DNA from: an uncultured Saprospiraceae bacterium
GTDB taxonomy: Bacteria > Bacteroidota > Bacteroidia > Chitinophagales > Saprospiraceae
NCBI GenBank assembly: GCA_963793295.1
Contig: CAWBZX010000031.1
Location: forward strand, 45 to 64,044
DNA: 64,000 nucleotides
Direction: 5' to 3'
The position numbers were made by a program, and so were the translations under genes. The notes beneath the pieces are model-generated. The model saw nothing but the letters and a program-made list of their open reading frames with translations, had not been told where the DNA came from and searched no databases. Shown in pieces: positions 46,570-57,000 of the stretch (position 1 is its first letter; each line of letters starts with the position of its first letter).

Positions 46570-46694
46570 CGGAATGTATTCTAGTATAAAAGTTATCCAA
46601 GTTACTGCTTTTCACTTATCCTGAAAAGAGAAAGTATAAAAACAAAACCATTTTTCGTAAAATTGCAAGAATTTTAAAACAAAATGCAAAATTT

Positions 46695-47567
46695 ATGGAT
46701 ATTCTTACCCTTTTTATAATGCCGGATTTTGGAGAACCTGAAATTTGGTTCAGTTTGTTGACATTAATTTTTTTGGAAATCGTTTTGGGCGTTGACAATA
46801 TTATATTTATTTCAATTACTTCAAGTAAATTACCAGAAGACCAACAAGCCAAAGCCACTAATATTGGATTGATTCTGGCTATGGTGCTACGCATTATTTT
46901 GCTTTTCGGAATATCCTGGCTCATAGCTATGGAAGCACCCTGGTTTCACGTCGATTTTATTGGTATCCACGGGGCTTTTTCAGGCCAAAGCATCATTCTT
47001 TTTGGGGGAGGGTTGTTTTTGTTGTATAAAAGCGTAACAGAAATTCACCATAAATTGGAAGGGGAAGACCACATTGATGGCATTTCGTCTGGCAAAAGAA
47101 CAACGAGCCTTCAAAGTGCGATTATTGAAATTACAATTATAAATATAGTTTTTAGTTTTGATTCTATCCTTACAGCCGTAGGGATGACAAGTGGTGTGAA
47201 AGGAGGTAATGGCCCCGAGGGAGAGTTGATTCTCATGATTATAGCAGTTGTTTTGTCTGTTATTATAATGATGATTTTTGCGGTACCGGTCGGCCGCTTT
47301 GTCAATAAGCACCCAACAGTTCAAATGCTGGGACTTTCTTTTTTACTATTGATTGGTTTCATGCTGATTGCAGAAGGAGCGCATTTGGCACATTTAAATG
47401 TTGCAGGAGCTGAGATTGGTTCTGTACCAAAAGGTTATTTGTATTTTGCAATCGCATTTTCCCTTTTGGTTGAATTTTTTAATACGAAACTGCGTAAAAA
47501 ACGGAAACCTATTCAATTGCATGGCGTTCAAAAAGAAGCCCTTGATAGTGGATTGTTAAAGGAATAA
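46695..47567 (+). CDS. TerC family integral membrane protein
   Basis: LEIVLGVDNIIFISI and FSFDSILTAVGM are TerC signatures. Polytopic. Confidence 0.8.
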   Translation: MDILTLFIMPDFGEPEIWFSLLTLIFLEIVLGVDNIIFISITSSKLPEDQQAKATNIGLILAMVLRIILLFGISWLIAMEAPWFHVDFIGIHGAFSGQSIILFGGGLFLLYKSVTEIHHKLEGEDHIDGISSGKRTTSLQSAIIEITIINIVFSFDSILTAVGMTSGVKGGNGPEGELILMIIAVVLSVIIMMIFAVPVGRFVNKHPTVQMLGLSFLLLIGFMLIAEGAHLAHLNVAGAEIGSVPKGYLYFAIAFSLLVEFFNTKLRKKRKPIQLHGVQKEALDSGLLKE

Positions 47568-47695
47568 AGTATTATATAGTAGATCATCTATTTGGTAAAA
47601 AGAATTTACTTTATTTAGTACCTTACGTTTCGATTTTTTTGATGGGGGGCAGGAAGTTTTCATTTGATAAATTATTAATTAAAAACGACTAGCAA

Positions 47696-48772
47696 TTGCT
47701 TTATTTTGTCAATTTGAGGAGCGTACTTTTTTATACGATTTTCATCTTTTTTTTCAGTTGTAAAACAGATACATCAACGCCTGTTTCTTATCTCAAGCTT
47801 AAAGGTGATACGATGGGTACCACTTATCATGTTACGTATGAAGATAGTTTGAACAGGGACTTTCAAAAAGAAATCGATGCGCTTTTAGAGACTATAAATA
47901 TGGATGTTTCCACTTACATCGACTCTTCTTTTATTTCAAAATTCAACCAGGCTGAAAAAGAAATAAAGTACCTGAATTTATTAGAAAAAAACGCATCTCA
48001 AAAACATAAACATTTTCGATTAAATTTTGAGAAAGCAGCTGAAGTATATAAAAAAAGCAGTGGATTCTTTGATCCGACCATTATGCCTTTGGTTAATTAT
48101 TGGGGCTTTGGTTATGCTGAAAAAAAAGCGGTTGAAAAAGTAGACAGCATGAAAGTGGATTCGCTGATGCAATTGGTAGGTTTTGATAAAATTGAAAAAC
48201 GCAGCCTGAAGGATGGATCTGTCTTTCTTGTAAAATTGGTTCCAGGAATTCAACTTGATTTTAGCGCTCTTGCCAAAGGTTACGGTGTCGATGCAATTGG
48301 AATGTTTTTAGAAAAAAAAGGTGTCGAAAATTATATGGTTGAAATAGGCGGAGAAGTTCGTGCAAAAGGAAAAAATCAAAATAATGAGTGGTGGAAAGTA
48401 GGGATTAATATACCTGACGAAAAAGCGGATATTAATGATTTTAATTCAAAAGTGTCCTTGAAAAACCGGTCATTGGCTACTTCAGGCAATTACCGGAATT
48501 ATTACAATGTCAATGGGATCCAATATGCGCACACCATAAATACTAAAACAGGTTTTCCTGAAAAGAACCAATTGTTAAGCGTTTCTGTTTTTGCAGAAGA
48601 TTGTATGACCGCTGATGCTTTTGCAACAGCTTGCATGGCCATGGGACTCGAAAAAGCTTTTGACCTTATTAGCAGAAGCAAAGGCTTAGATGGTTACTTT
48701 ATTTACAGCGAAGATGATGGAAATATGATGTATATGCATACAAAAGGACTGGAAGACATTTTAGTAGATTGA
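47696..48772 (+). CDS. apbE: FAD:protein FMN transferase (ApbE family) lipoprotein
   Basis: Lipobox FFFSC. TMGTTYHVTY, DFSALAKGYGVD, LATSGNYRNYY...YAHTINTKTG and ADAFATA motifs. TTG start as given by the ORF track. Confidence 0.85.
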   Translation: MLYFVNLRSVLFYTIFIFFFSCKTDTSTPVSYLKLKGDTMGTTYHVTYEDSLNRDFQKEIDALLETINMDVSTYIDSSFISKFNQAEKEIKYLNLLEKNASQKHKHFRLNFEKAAEVYKKSSGFFDPTIMPLVNYWGFGYAEKKAVEKVDSMKVDSLMQLVGFDKIEKRSLKDGSVFLVKLVPGIQLDFSALAKGYGVDAIGMFLEKKGVENYMVEIGGEVRAKGKNQNNEWWKVGINIPDEKADINDFNSKVSLKNRSLATSGNYRNYYNVNGIQYAHTINTKTGFPEKNQLLSVSVFAEDCMTADAFATACMAMGLEKAFDLISRSKGLDGYFIYSEDDGNMMYMHTKGLEDILVD

Positions 48773-48854
48773 TTTATTTGTAGTTAATAGTTTGAAATTT
48801 TTAACCCTTAACCCCAGCTCATAACCCCATAGAAAATAAAAAAAATACAAGCAT

Positions 48855-49676
48855 ATGAAATTAAATTTGGAACGAGATATTTGTTTTTTTGATTTGGAAG
48901 CCACCGGTTTGAATGTGATACGGGACCGGATCGTACAAATTGCCATTATCAAGTATTTTGCTAACGAACAAGAACCGGAGGAGTTTGAAATGCTGATTAA
49001 CCCGGGAATTCCAATTTCCGAAGAAGCCATGAATGTTCATGGAATCACCCCAAAGGATCTTTCGAATAAACCCACTTTTCAGCAGGTTGCTCAAAAAATC
49101 TATGATTTTATAGGAGATGCGGACTTGGGAGGATACAATTCCAATCGTTTCGACGTTCCTCTTTTGATGGAAGAATTTGCACGAGTAGGAATTGAATTCG
49201 ATGTAACATTCCGCAGAACCATTGATGTCCAGCGGGTATTTTACAAAATGGAACCTCGAACCCTCCAAGCAGCTTTGCGTTTTTATACTGGAAAAACAAT
49301 GGACAATGCACACAATGCATTGGCTGACGTTCAGGCGACAGTTGATGTTTTTAAAGGGCAACTCGAATATTATCAAGAGACAGATTTGCTTGATAATGAC
49401 GGAAACACTATTGAAAAGCCTATAAAAAATGACATTCAAGTTATTCATGATTTTACAACGGACCTTAAAACCATTGATGCAACCCAGCGGTTAAAATATA
49501 ACCAGGATGGGATCGTTGTATTCAATTTCGGCAAGTATATTGGTCAACCGGTTGCAGAAGTAATCTCAAAAGACAAGCCTTATTACCATTGGATTCAGAA
49601 CAAAGAATTTTCAACGCAAGTCAAACAAATTGTTAAAAAGATTTATAAAGACTATGAAAAAGAACAGCAGCAATAA
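48855..49676 (+). CDS. DEDDh 3'-5' exonuclease domain protein (DnaQ-like)
   Basis: ExoI FFDLEATGL, ExoII GYNSNRFDVPLL, ExoIII HNALADVQAT. Confidence 0.8.
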   Translation: MKLNLERDICFFDLEATGLNVIRDRIVQIAIIKYFANEQEPEEFEMLINPGIPISEEAMNVHGITPKDLSNKPTFQQVAQKIYDFIGDADLGGYNSNRFDVPLLMEEFARVGIEFDVTFRRTIDVQRVFYKMEPRTLQAALRFYTGKTMDNAHNALADVQATVDVFKGQLEYYQETDLLDNDGNTIEKPIKNDIQVIHDFTTDLKTIDATQRLKYNQDGIVVFNFGKYIGQPVAEVISKDKPYYHWIQNKEFSTQVKQIVKKIYKDYEKEQQQ

Positions 49677-50505
49677 ACGGTTTATTTTATTGCGAAATGC
49701 TATCTTTTTTTTGATACTTCTATTAAGTTTTTCCAATTGCAAAGAAAAGATTGAAGGTTGCCTGGATATTGAAGCATCTAATTTTGCCTTTTCGGCAGAC
49801 ATACCTTGTCCTGATGATTGCTGTAATTACCCGACTATGACTTTCGAAATATCTTTTCGAATGGATTCACTTAGTCTCGTTTATGGTAATCCATATGATT
49901 TGCCTTTTGATCAGGTGATAAAGATCACAAAAACTAAATTTTATATTTCGGATATTAGCCTTACAAATGATACAGAACGCTTTATCATCAGGGATCGGAT
50001 TGATCTGCCTCTAAATGATGGTTCGACAGGGCTTACTAGTTTTGTTGATGATTTCACTTTAGTGAGCCGTGATTTTTCATCTTTTGTTTATGAGATAGGA
50101 GAAATCCGTGGTTCCGGTTCATTCGATACACTACGTTTTTTTGTAGGGCTGGAGGAGACAGCCAACAAGGTTGAGCCAACGTCAGCGCCACAAGGGCATC
50201 CATTGTCGATTCAGGCTGATTCGATGTGGAGTGTCGAAAATGCGTATGTTTTTAATAAATTAATTATGATTCCGGACACTATTCCGCCATTGGACACTCT
50301 GGAGTTGGAGTTTAATATCACAGGAGTCAGAAAGGAAATTGTGCTTCCTTATAAAGTCAATTTAGAATTAGGAAATGATATAACGGTGCCGATCAAGGTA
50401 GATTATTTGAAATGGTTTGAGGGCATAGATTTTGAAGTTGATTCAACCATGGTCGTTAACGGTATTATTGGGAATACCAAGCAAGCATTTTCTATCAATG
50501 AATAA
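49654..50505 (+). CDS. MbnP-like lipoprotein, paralogue 1
   Basis: The ATG at 49654 gives MKKNSSNKRFILL...LLLSFSNC (lipobox). KTKFYISDISLTND and the overall layout parallel the next gene. Overlaps the exonuclease gene by 23 nt. Confidence 0.5.
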   Translation: MKKNSSNKRFILLRNAIFFLILLLSFSNCKEKIEGCLDIEASNFAFSADIPCPDDCCNYPTMTFEISFRMDSLSLVYGNPYDLPFDQVIKITKTKFYISDISLTNDTERFIIRDRIDLPLNDGSTGLTSFVDDFTLVSRDFSSFVYEIGEIRGSGSFDTLRFFVGLEETANKVEPTSAPQGHPLSIQADSMWSVENAYVFNKLIMIPDTIPPLDTLELEFNITGVRKEIVLPYKVNLELGNDITVPIKVDYLKWFEGIDFEVDSTMVVNGIIGNTKQAFSINE

Positions 50506-50603
50506 TTTGTGGATTTTAAAATGACTTTTTTCAACAACAACTGACCTATTATTGCTGTTAAAATAATTGAATCCCAAAATGGACTAATTTAAAATTTATA
50601 ACA

Positions 50604-51416
50604 ATGAAAAATCTATTATTTTTACTTTTATTTGGTGTTGTATTATTCGCAAATTCTTGTAAAGACAACCCACAAGTCGAACTCACCTCAGATGTCAATC
50701 TGAATTTTAATGCAAATTATAACGATGAGTTGCTTTTGCTCGAAAAGGAATATCTGTACGAAGGTGATATGCCGATCAAATTTTCCCAATTCAATTTTTA
50801 CGTTGCCAATATAGCATTAATCAAACAGATTGGAAATGAGTTTGAAGAAACCGAACTTCTTGAAATTGATTTTGTTGATTTTCCATACAATTTGAATCAG
50901 GCTGTTGAAGCCGAAAAAGGGCAAACCATCCAAATCAAAAAAATTCCTGTTGGCGAATATGACGGAATTAAAATCGGATTTGGTGTTCCTGCTGATCTCA
51001 ATCGGACTAAACCCAATGAATATAGTTCTGGAAATCCTTTGAGTATGGCTAGTCACTATTGGGATGGATGGAGTAGTTACATTTTTTCAAAAATTGAAGG
51101 AAAAGCCGATATGAATTTTGATGGATCTTTTGAAACTAACGATGGAGAAGGCCTGGCTTACCACATGGGGACAGATGAAGTTTATACGACGCGTACGTTG
51201 TTTGAAAACCTTTCTCTAAAAGACAATGAGACCTTAGAACTACAATTGAATATTGATTTAAAAGCATTGTTTTTGATGCCTAATCCAGATTATGATGCCA
51301 ATGGCGATGGTTATTTGGACATTGAGAATTTTGAAAGTGTGCATGCCGCAGATCGTTTGGAAATTGCAAAACAGATGATGAACAATTTTTCTGAGGCAAT
51401 TAGTTTAATTAACTGA
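50604..51416 (+). CDS. MbnP family (copper-binding partner of MbnH) lipoprotein, paralogue 2
   Basis: Lipobox LFANSC. FSQFNFYVANIALIK and SHYWDGWSSYIFSKIEGKADM resemble the MbnP family. Directly upstream of di-haem peroxidase genes. Confidence 0.6.
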   Translation: MKNLLFLLLFGVVLFANSCKDNPQVELTSDVNLNFNANYNDELLLLEKEYLYEGDMPIKFSQFNFYVANIALIKQIGNEFEETELLEIDFVDFPYNLNQAVEAEKGQTIQIKKIPVGEYDGIKIGFGVPADLNRTKPNEYSSGNPLSMASHYWDGWSSYIFSKIEGKADMNFDGSFETNDGEGLAYHMGTDEVYTTRTLFENLSLKDNETLELQLNIDLKALFLMPNPDYDANGDGYLDIENFESVHAADRLEIAKQMMNNFSEAISLIN

Positions 51417-51484
51417 TAGCACCTTTGATGAATCTATCACCACTTTAAACATACTGTGTTTTTAGTTTGTTTTATTCTTAAAAA

Positions 51485-52579
51485 ATGAGCAAAGTTGCCT
51501 CCATTATTGCTTTTTTGTTTGCACTTGTAAACTTATCTTGCAGTAATAATGGTGAAATTCAAAACCTTTCTTTAGTACCCTTTAACCCATCTGAATACAA
51601 ATTGATTATTCCCGATGGTTTTCCAGAGATGGAAATTCCTGAGGATAACCCATTGACCATAGAAGGCGTAACCCTTGGGAGGCATCTTTTTTATGATCCC
51701 ATACTATCAGCCGACAATAGTATGTCTTGTGCTTCTTGTCACCACACTCAATTGAGTTTTACAGATAATAGGGCATTTAGTAAAGGTGTTGATGGGCAGG
51801 AGGGAAGGCGAAGCGCGATGAGTTTGCTAAATTTGGGATATAACAGAAATGGTTTTTTTTGGGATGGGAGAGTAACTACTTTAGAAGAACAGGCAATAGT
51901 ACCAGTGGAAGATCCGATCGAACTACATAATAATTGGGATACTTTAGTTGAAAAAATAAAATTGCATACGACATATCCATTGATGTTCAGAAAGGCCTTT
52001 GGAATTGAAACCGCAGCAGAAATTAATAAGGAATTAGTCGTGAAAGCTATTGCGCAGTTTGAAAGATCATTGATAAGTAGCGGTGAATCAAAATTTGACA
52101 AAGTAAAAAGGGGAGAGGCTGAATTCACTCCTGATGAATTGATTGGCTTTGATATGTTTTTTGATATTAGCCCGGAGTACAAAGATGCAGAATGCGCCCA
52201 CTGCCACAATGTTCCTTTAATGACCACAAATGAGTATTTTAATAATGGAATTACGGAAGCATATACGCTTGAAGATTTTAAGGACAAAGGGCTTGGAGCG
52301 GTAACAGGGGATCCCTTTGATGTAGGAAAATTTAGAGCGCCTACTTTAAGGAATATAGAATTGACCGCGCCTTATATGCATGATGGAAGATTTGAAACAT
52401 TAGAAGAAGTGATCGAACATTATAATACTGGCGGGAAATACTCGGAATCCGTTTCTCCTTTGATCAGGCCTTTAAAATTGAATGAAACAGAGAAACGACA
52501 ATTACTTGCTTTTTTAAAAACATTAACTGATACTACTTTTGTAAAAAATCCCGAAATTCAAGCTCCGGATTTAAATTGA
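51485..52579 (+). CDS. Di-haem cytochrome c peroxidase / MauG family enzyme (MbnH-like), paralogue 1
   Basis: Two CxxCH motifs (CASCHH, CAHCHN). FWDGR, PVEDPIELHN and APYMHDGRF are CCP/MauG signatures. Confidence 0.85.
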   Translation: MSKVASIIAFLFALVNLSCSNNGEIQNLSLVPFNPSEYKLIIPDGFPEMEIPEDNPLTIEGVTLGRHLFYDPILSADNSMSCASCHHTQLSFTDNRAFSKGVDGQEGRRSAMSLLNLGYNRNGFFWDGRVTTLEEQAIVPVEDPIELHNNWDTLVEKIKLHTTYPLMFRKAFGIETAAEINKELVVKAIAQFERSLISSGESKFDKVKRGEAEFTPDELIGFDMFFDISPEYKDAECAHCHNVPLMTTNEYFNNGITEAYTLEDFKDKGLGAVTGDPFDVGKFRAPTLRNIELTAPYMHDGRFETLEEVIEHYNTGGKYSESVSPLIRPLKLNETEKRQLLAFLKTLTDTTFVKNPEIQAPDLN

Positions 52580-52593
52580 GAAATAAAAAAGAT

Positions 52594-53709
52594 ATGAATA
52601 GATTTAGTTTAATAGTAGTCGTTTTTTTTGTTTTCGTTTTTGGTTGTCGTAAAGATAATCCTACACCACCACCAGTAGGTGATCTGAGTGATATTCCTTA
52701 CAATCCAGTAGACTATGACCTTGTTGTGCCCGATGATTTTCCAGAGATGGAAATCCCGGCAGATAATCCACTAACCATAGATGGTGTTGAATTAGGGCGT
52801 TTTCTTTTTTGGGATCCTATTTTATCAGCAGACAATACCATGTCTTGTGGAAGTTGTCATTTTCCCGGAGGAGGATTTACAGATACATTGCCAGTGAGTA
52901 CCGGCATAGATGGAATAGCCGGGCGGCGCAGTTCAATGGCTTTGGTGAATGTCGGTTATTTTTATACCGGCTTATTTTGGGATGGCAGAGCCGCGACCCT
53001 TGAAGATCAGGCACTTATGCCGGTAGAAGATCCTATCGAGTTACACAATACCTGGCCAAATGTCGTTGAAGAATTTAAATCTCATTCCACCTATCCCAAA
53101 ATGTTTCGCAAAGCTTTTGGAATCAGCAATACCGCTGAGATAACCAAAGAATTGGCTGCAAAAGCCATTGCGCAGTTTGAACGAACGATGGTGAGTAGCG
53201 GACAATCCAAATACGATCGTCAACGCAGTGAAGCAGGAGTTTTCTTTACGCCGGAAGAAGCAGAAGGATTTGAACTTTTTAGCAATGAAATAGGTAACCA
53301 CCCCGGATGTACGCATTGTCATTCTTCGAGCAATCAATTGTTTACGAATAATAATTATGAAAACAACGGAATTGATTCAGTGGGTTTGGAGATCGATGAT
53401 TTAAATAATTTTCAGGATTGGGGAAGAGGAGAAGTTACGGGTAATATTTTTGATAATGGAAAATTCAGGATTCCCAGTCTTCGCAATATCATGTTGACTT
53501 ATCCTTACATGCACGACGGTCGATTTAAAACCATGGGCGAAGTGCTTGACCATTATAAAACGGGTGGTTTTTCTGCAGCCAATTCCAATTCTCTGCAGCA
53601 ACCATTTCCTTTGACCGAAGATGAAAAGGAAAAGATTATCATTTTTTTAGAAACATTAAATGATCCTGCTTTTCTTAATAATCCGGCTTTTTCGAATCCA
53701 TTTAATTAA
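52594..53709 (+). CDS. Di-haem cytochrome c peroxidase / MauG family enzyme (MbnH-like), paralogue 2
   Basis: CGSCHF and CTHCHS haem motifs, FWDGR, YPYMHDGRF. I prefer the ATG at 52594 (MNRFSLIVVVFFVFVFGC lipobox) to the TTG at 52576. Confidence 0.85.
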   Translation: MNRFSLIVVVFFVFVFGCRKDNPTPPPVGDLSDIPYNPVDYDLVVPDDFPEMEIPADNPLTIDGVELGRFLFWDPILSADNTMSCGSCHFPGGGFTDTLPVSTGIDGIAGRRSSMALVNVGYFYTGLFWDGRAATLEDQALMPVEDPIELHNTWPNVVEEFKSHSTYPKMFRKAFGISNTAEITKELAAKAIAQFERTMVSSGQSKYDRQRSEAGVFFTPEEAEGFELFSNEIGNHPGCTHCHSSSNQLFTNNNYENNGIDSVGLEIDDLNNFQDWGRGEVTGNIFDNGKFRIPSLRNIMLTYPYMHDGRFKTMGEVLDHYKTGGFSAANSNSLQQPFPLTEDEKEKIIIFLETLNDPAFLNNPAFSNPFN

Positions 53710-53734
53710 AGAAAAATTGATCTAAATTTAAATA

Positions 53735-53772
53735 AAAGAAGAATGAAGTTGTTAAATGTCATTCTTCTTTTT
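53735..53772 (+). terminator. Rho-independent terminator after the MbnH-like pair
   Basis: AAAGAAGAATGA pairs with TCATTCTTCTTT, followed by T-rich sequence. Confidence 0.7.
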
Positions 53773-54036
53773 GTATTGGTAAAGATTCAACCTCAAAATA
53801 ATATAGTTTGTAAAAATATTTAATGTAATTATTTTCGTTTTTTAAAACCTGATTTCGGCATGCTGTTTGTCTAATGTTAAAATGAAAATCACAGTAATTA
53901 AGTTTTCTTTAACCTTCCCTCCCTTAGACTTAATTATACTCCCACAAAATTTTTCATCCCCTTTAATTAAAAACCCCTCAATTACATTCCCCCGTAATTG
54001 AAACAATTTATTCAAGGCCCTTAATTTTAATTAATA

Positions 54037-57000
54037 ATGAGAAAGCTACGCAAAGTCTTAATGGCAATGCCATTACTATGCCTGTCTGTAAGTATTATCT
54101 TAGCCCAGACCAACGAAAATTCCGTTAATCAAGGATTAAAAGATTTTTATCAAAAAAGAGCAGCGTTCCAGGATGCTAAATCCGGGAATAATTATTATGT
54201 TTTGATCCAGTTTGATAAACTTCCGAATAAAAGCCAAATTTTAGAATTAGAAAAGAAGCATATTCAATTAATTGAATATCGCTCAAAGAATACTTACCTG
54301 GCTATTGTTCCAAAAAATATAGATGAATCGACACTGAAGCGCCTAAATGTAATCGACGTACAGAAGCCGGTTGCGACGCAAAAGCTCTTTGAATCGCTCC
54401 TGAATAAAGACTATCCAGAATGGGCAGTTCAAGAACCTGGAACAGTAGATATCGCAATTGTTTTTTACGAAAAAACACCTCAATCAAAAATACAATCCGT
54501 TCTCAATAATTTTAATATTAATATTCTTGAAAACAAACATCGGGGCAATACAACGATTGTTGGTCGTATTGCTCATAATAAAATTGAAGAATTAACAAAG
54601 TCTGCACTTGTTGCTTATGTTGATGTGATTCAGGAACCCGTTTACATATTGAATCATGAAAGTCGATTAGCTCTGCGAACTAATGTTTTAAACAGCACTG
54701 CACCTGGAGGTTATGGTTTGTTAGGACATGGCGTGGTAGTAGGAGTAGGTGACGGAGGCCAGTTAGGGGAACATTTGGATTTTGGATCTCGGGTATTTAA
54801 CGAAGCAAATGGAACTTATAGCTCTTTTGGAGACCATGGAGACCATGTTGCAGGAATCATTGGAGGTGATGGAAGTCTTAATCCACGACACCACGGAATG
54901 GCTCCTGATTGTCAGCTGGTCACACAAAAAACCAGCTTGATTACCTATAATGTTGAAGAATATTTTAACAATTATGGAATGGTGCTGACGAATAATTCTT
55001 ATGGCACTAGTTTTAACTGCACTACAAATGGTTCATACAATTATTCTGCTCAGACCTTGGATTGGCAGATGCGTGAATTTCCAGAAGTATTACATGTTTA
55101 TGCCGCTGGAAATAGCGGTGGTGGTACCTGTGAACCCTATCCGCAAGGATACAAAACCGTATTAAGATATTATCAAAGTGCAAAAAATGTATTGACGGTC
55201 GGTAATGTTGGAGAAGATAGGATAATTGCATCAGGCAGTAGTAGAGGACCCGTTTTAGATGGGCGTATTAAGCCTGAGATTTGCGGCATCGGAAAAAGTG
55301 TGATTTCTACAGGCCGTGAATATAACTACAAACAAAAAGGAGGGACCAGTATGGCTGCTCCTTCCGTAACAGGTATATTGGCATTATTAGTTGAAAAATA
55401 TAGAAATATTAATGCTGGACAAAATCCGGAAGGTGGACTTTTAAAAGCAATAGCTTGTAATACTGCAGATGATTTAGGTAATCCAGGTCCTGATTATATC
55501 TATGGATTTGGATTGATCAATGCCAGGCGAGCAATAGAAACCCTTGAAGACACAAATTATTTCATAGATAATATTGACCAGGGAGACAATCACTTACACA
55601 ATATTACAGTGCCATCAGATACCAGACAATTGAAATTGATGTTGTATTGGCATGACAAAGAGGCGGCAGTCTATCCTCAAAAAGCTTTAGTAAACGACCT
55701 CGATATTGAATTAATAACGCCAGATGGTTCAACAATTTTACCTTGGGTTTTAAATATTGATCCCTCTCATGTAGCTGATATTGCTAGTAGAGGAAATGAT
55801 ACTTTAAATAATATTGAACAAATTACCATTGATTTACCGATGGCGGGTGATTATACAATCATTGTTAATGGAACAAATATTCCATTTGGCAATCAACGCT
55901 ATTTTGTTACTTATGAAACGATTGCTAATGAAATCGTTGTAACGCATCCTTTTGGTGGGGAAGATCTGATTCCTGGTGATACTGAGTATGTTCAATGGGA
56001 TGCTGATCCTAATAATACTAATTCTTTTAAAGTAGAATATTCATTAGATGGAGGAAATTCATGGCTATTGATTGCTCCTGCAGTTGAGTCGGATAAGCGT
56101 TTTGTTAATTGGACTTTGCCAGAGGTAAGTGTGGATAATGCAATCGTAAGAGTTTCAAAAAATGGAGATGCTGTTTATGGAGAAAGCAATATGTTTTTTA
56201 GCATTCTAAGTCCACCCGAAAACTTTGTTGCCGAGACGGTATGCGAGGGAATGATTGAATTAAGTTGGGATGCAGTGGATTATGCAGTTAGATACCAAGT
56301 TTTGATGGACACTGGAGATGAGATGGCCGTAATTGGCACAACCTCCGACACAAGTTATGTTGTTGATGATGAACTGGGATTTGGTGAAAAGTATTGGTTT
56401 TCTGTAAAAGCTATAAATGTGAATAATCAATCAAGCGAACGCGTCACTGCTCAATATGGTATTCCGGAAGATATCGAGACTTGTCCCTGGGAAGATGATC
56501 CGATAGCGGAGGCCATTATTACTTCAACAAGAGGTCGGGAAAAAACCCAAAAAAGTCTTTCTAATGCGGAATCAATTTCTGTGATGGTGAGAAATATGGG
56601 TACAAACAGTATAGCTGATTTTAATCTTTATTATAGTATTAATGGAGGCGTTCCAATTGAGGAAACATTTACAGGAACAATCGAACCAGGAGATTCGGTG
56701 ATTTATGAATTTTCGCAAACTGCTGATTTATCTGAAGGAGGGATCCATAATATCGATTCATGGGTATTCCTAGATAATGACACCCATAACTTCAATGATA
56801 GTATTGTTGGTCAATATGCTGTGGTTCAGATTGAAAACAAGCCTGTTTCATTACCGTTTTTTGAAAAATTTGATGGAATTGAAAATAATGTTTACACAGA
56901 AAACAAACTAGGTTTGGTTGGAGCGCAGAGATGGGATTTTGAAACACAGGGTTTTGGGAAGCTGATAGCAAATTCATCAGATGGATCACTGGCGATGAGT

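Noticed and set aside
46570-46694. Possible yybP-ykoY (manganese) riboswitch upstream of the TerC-family gene
   Set aside because: The leader is only about 125 nt and AT-rich. I could not find the conserved G-rich core segments of that riboswitch or a four-helix arrangement by eye.
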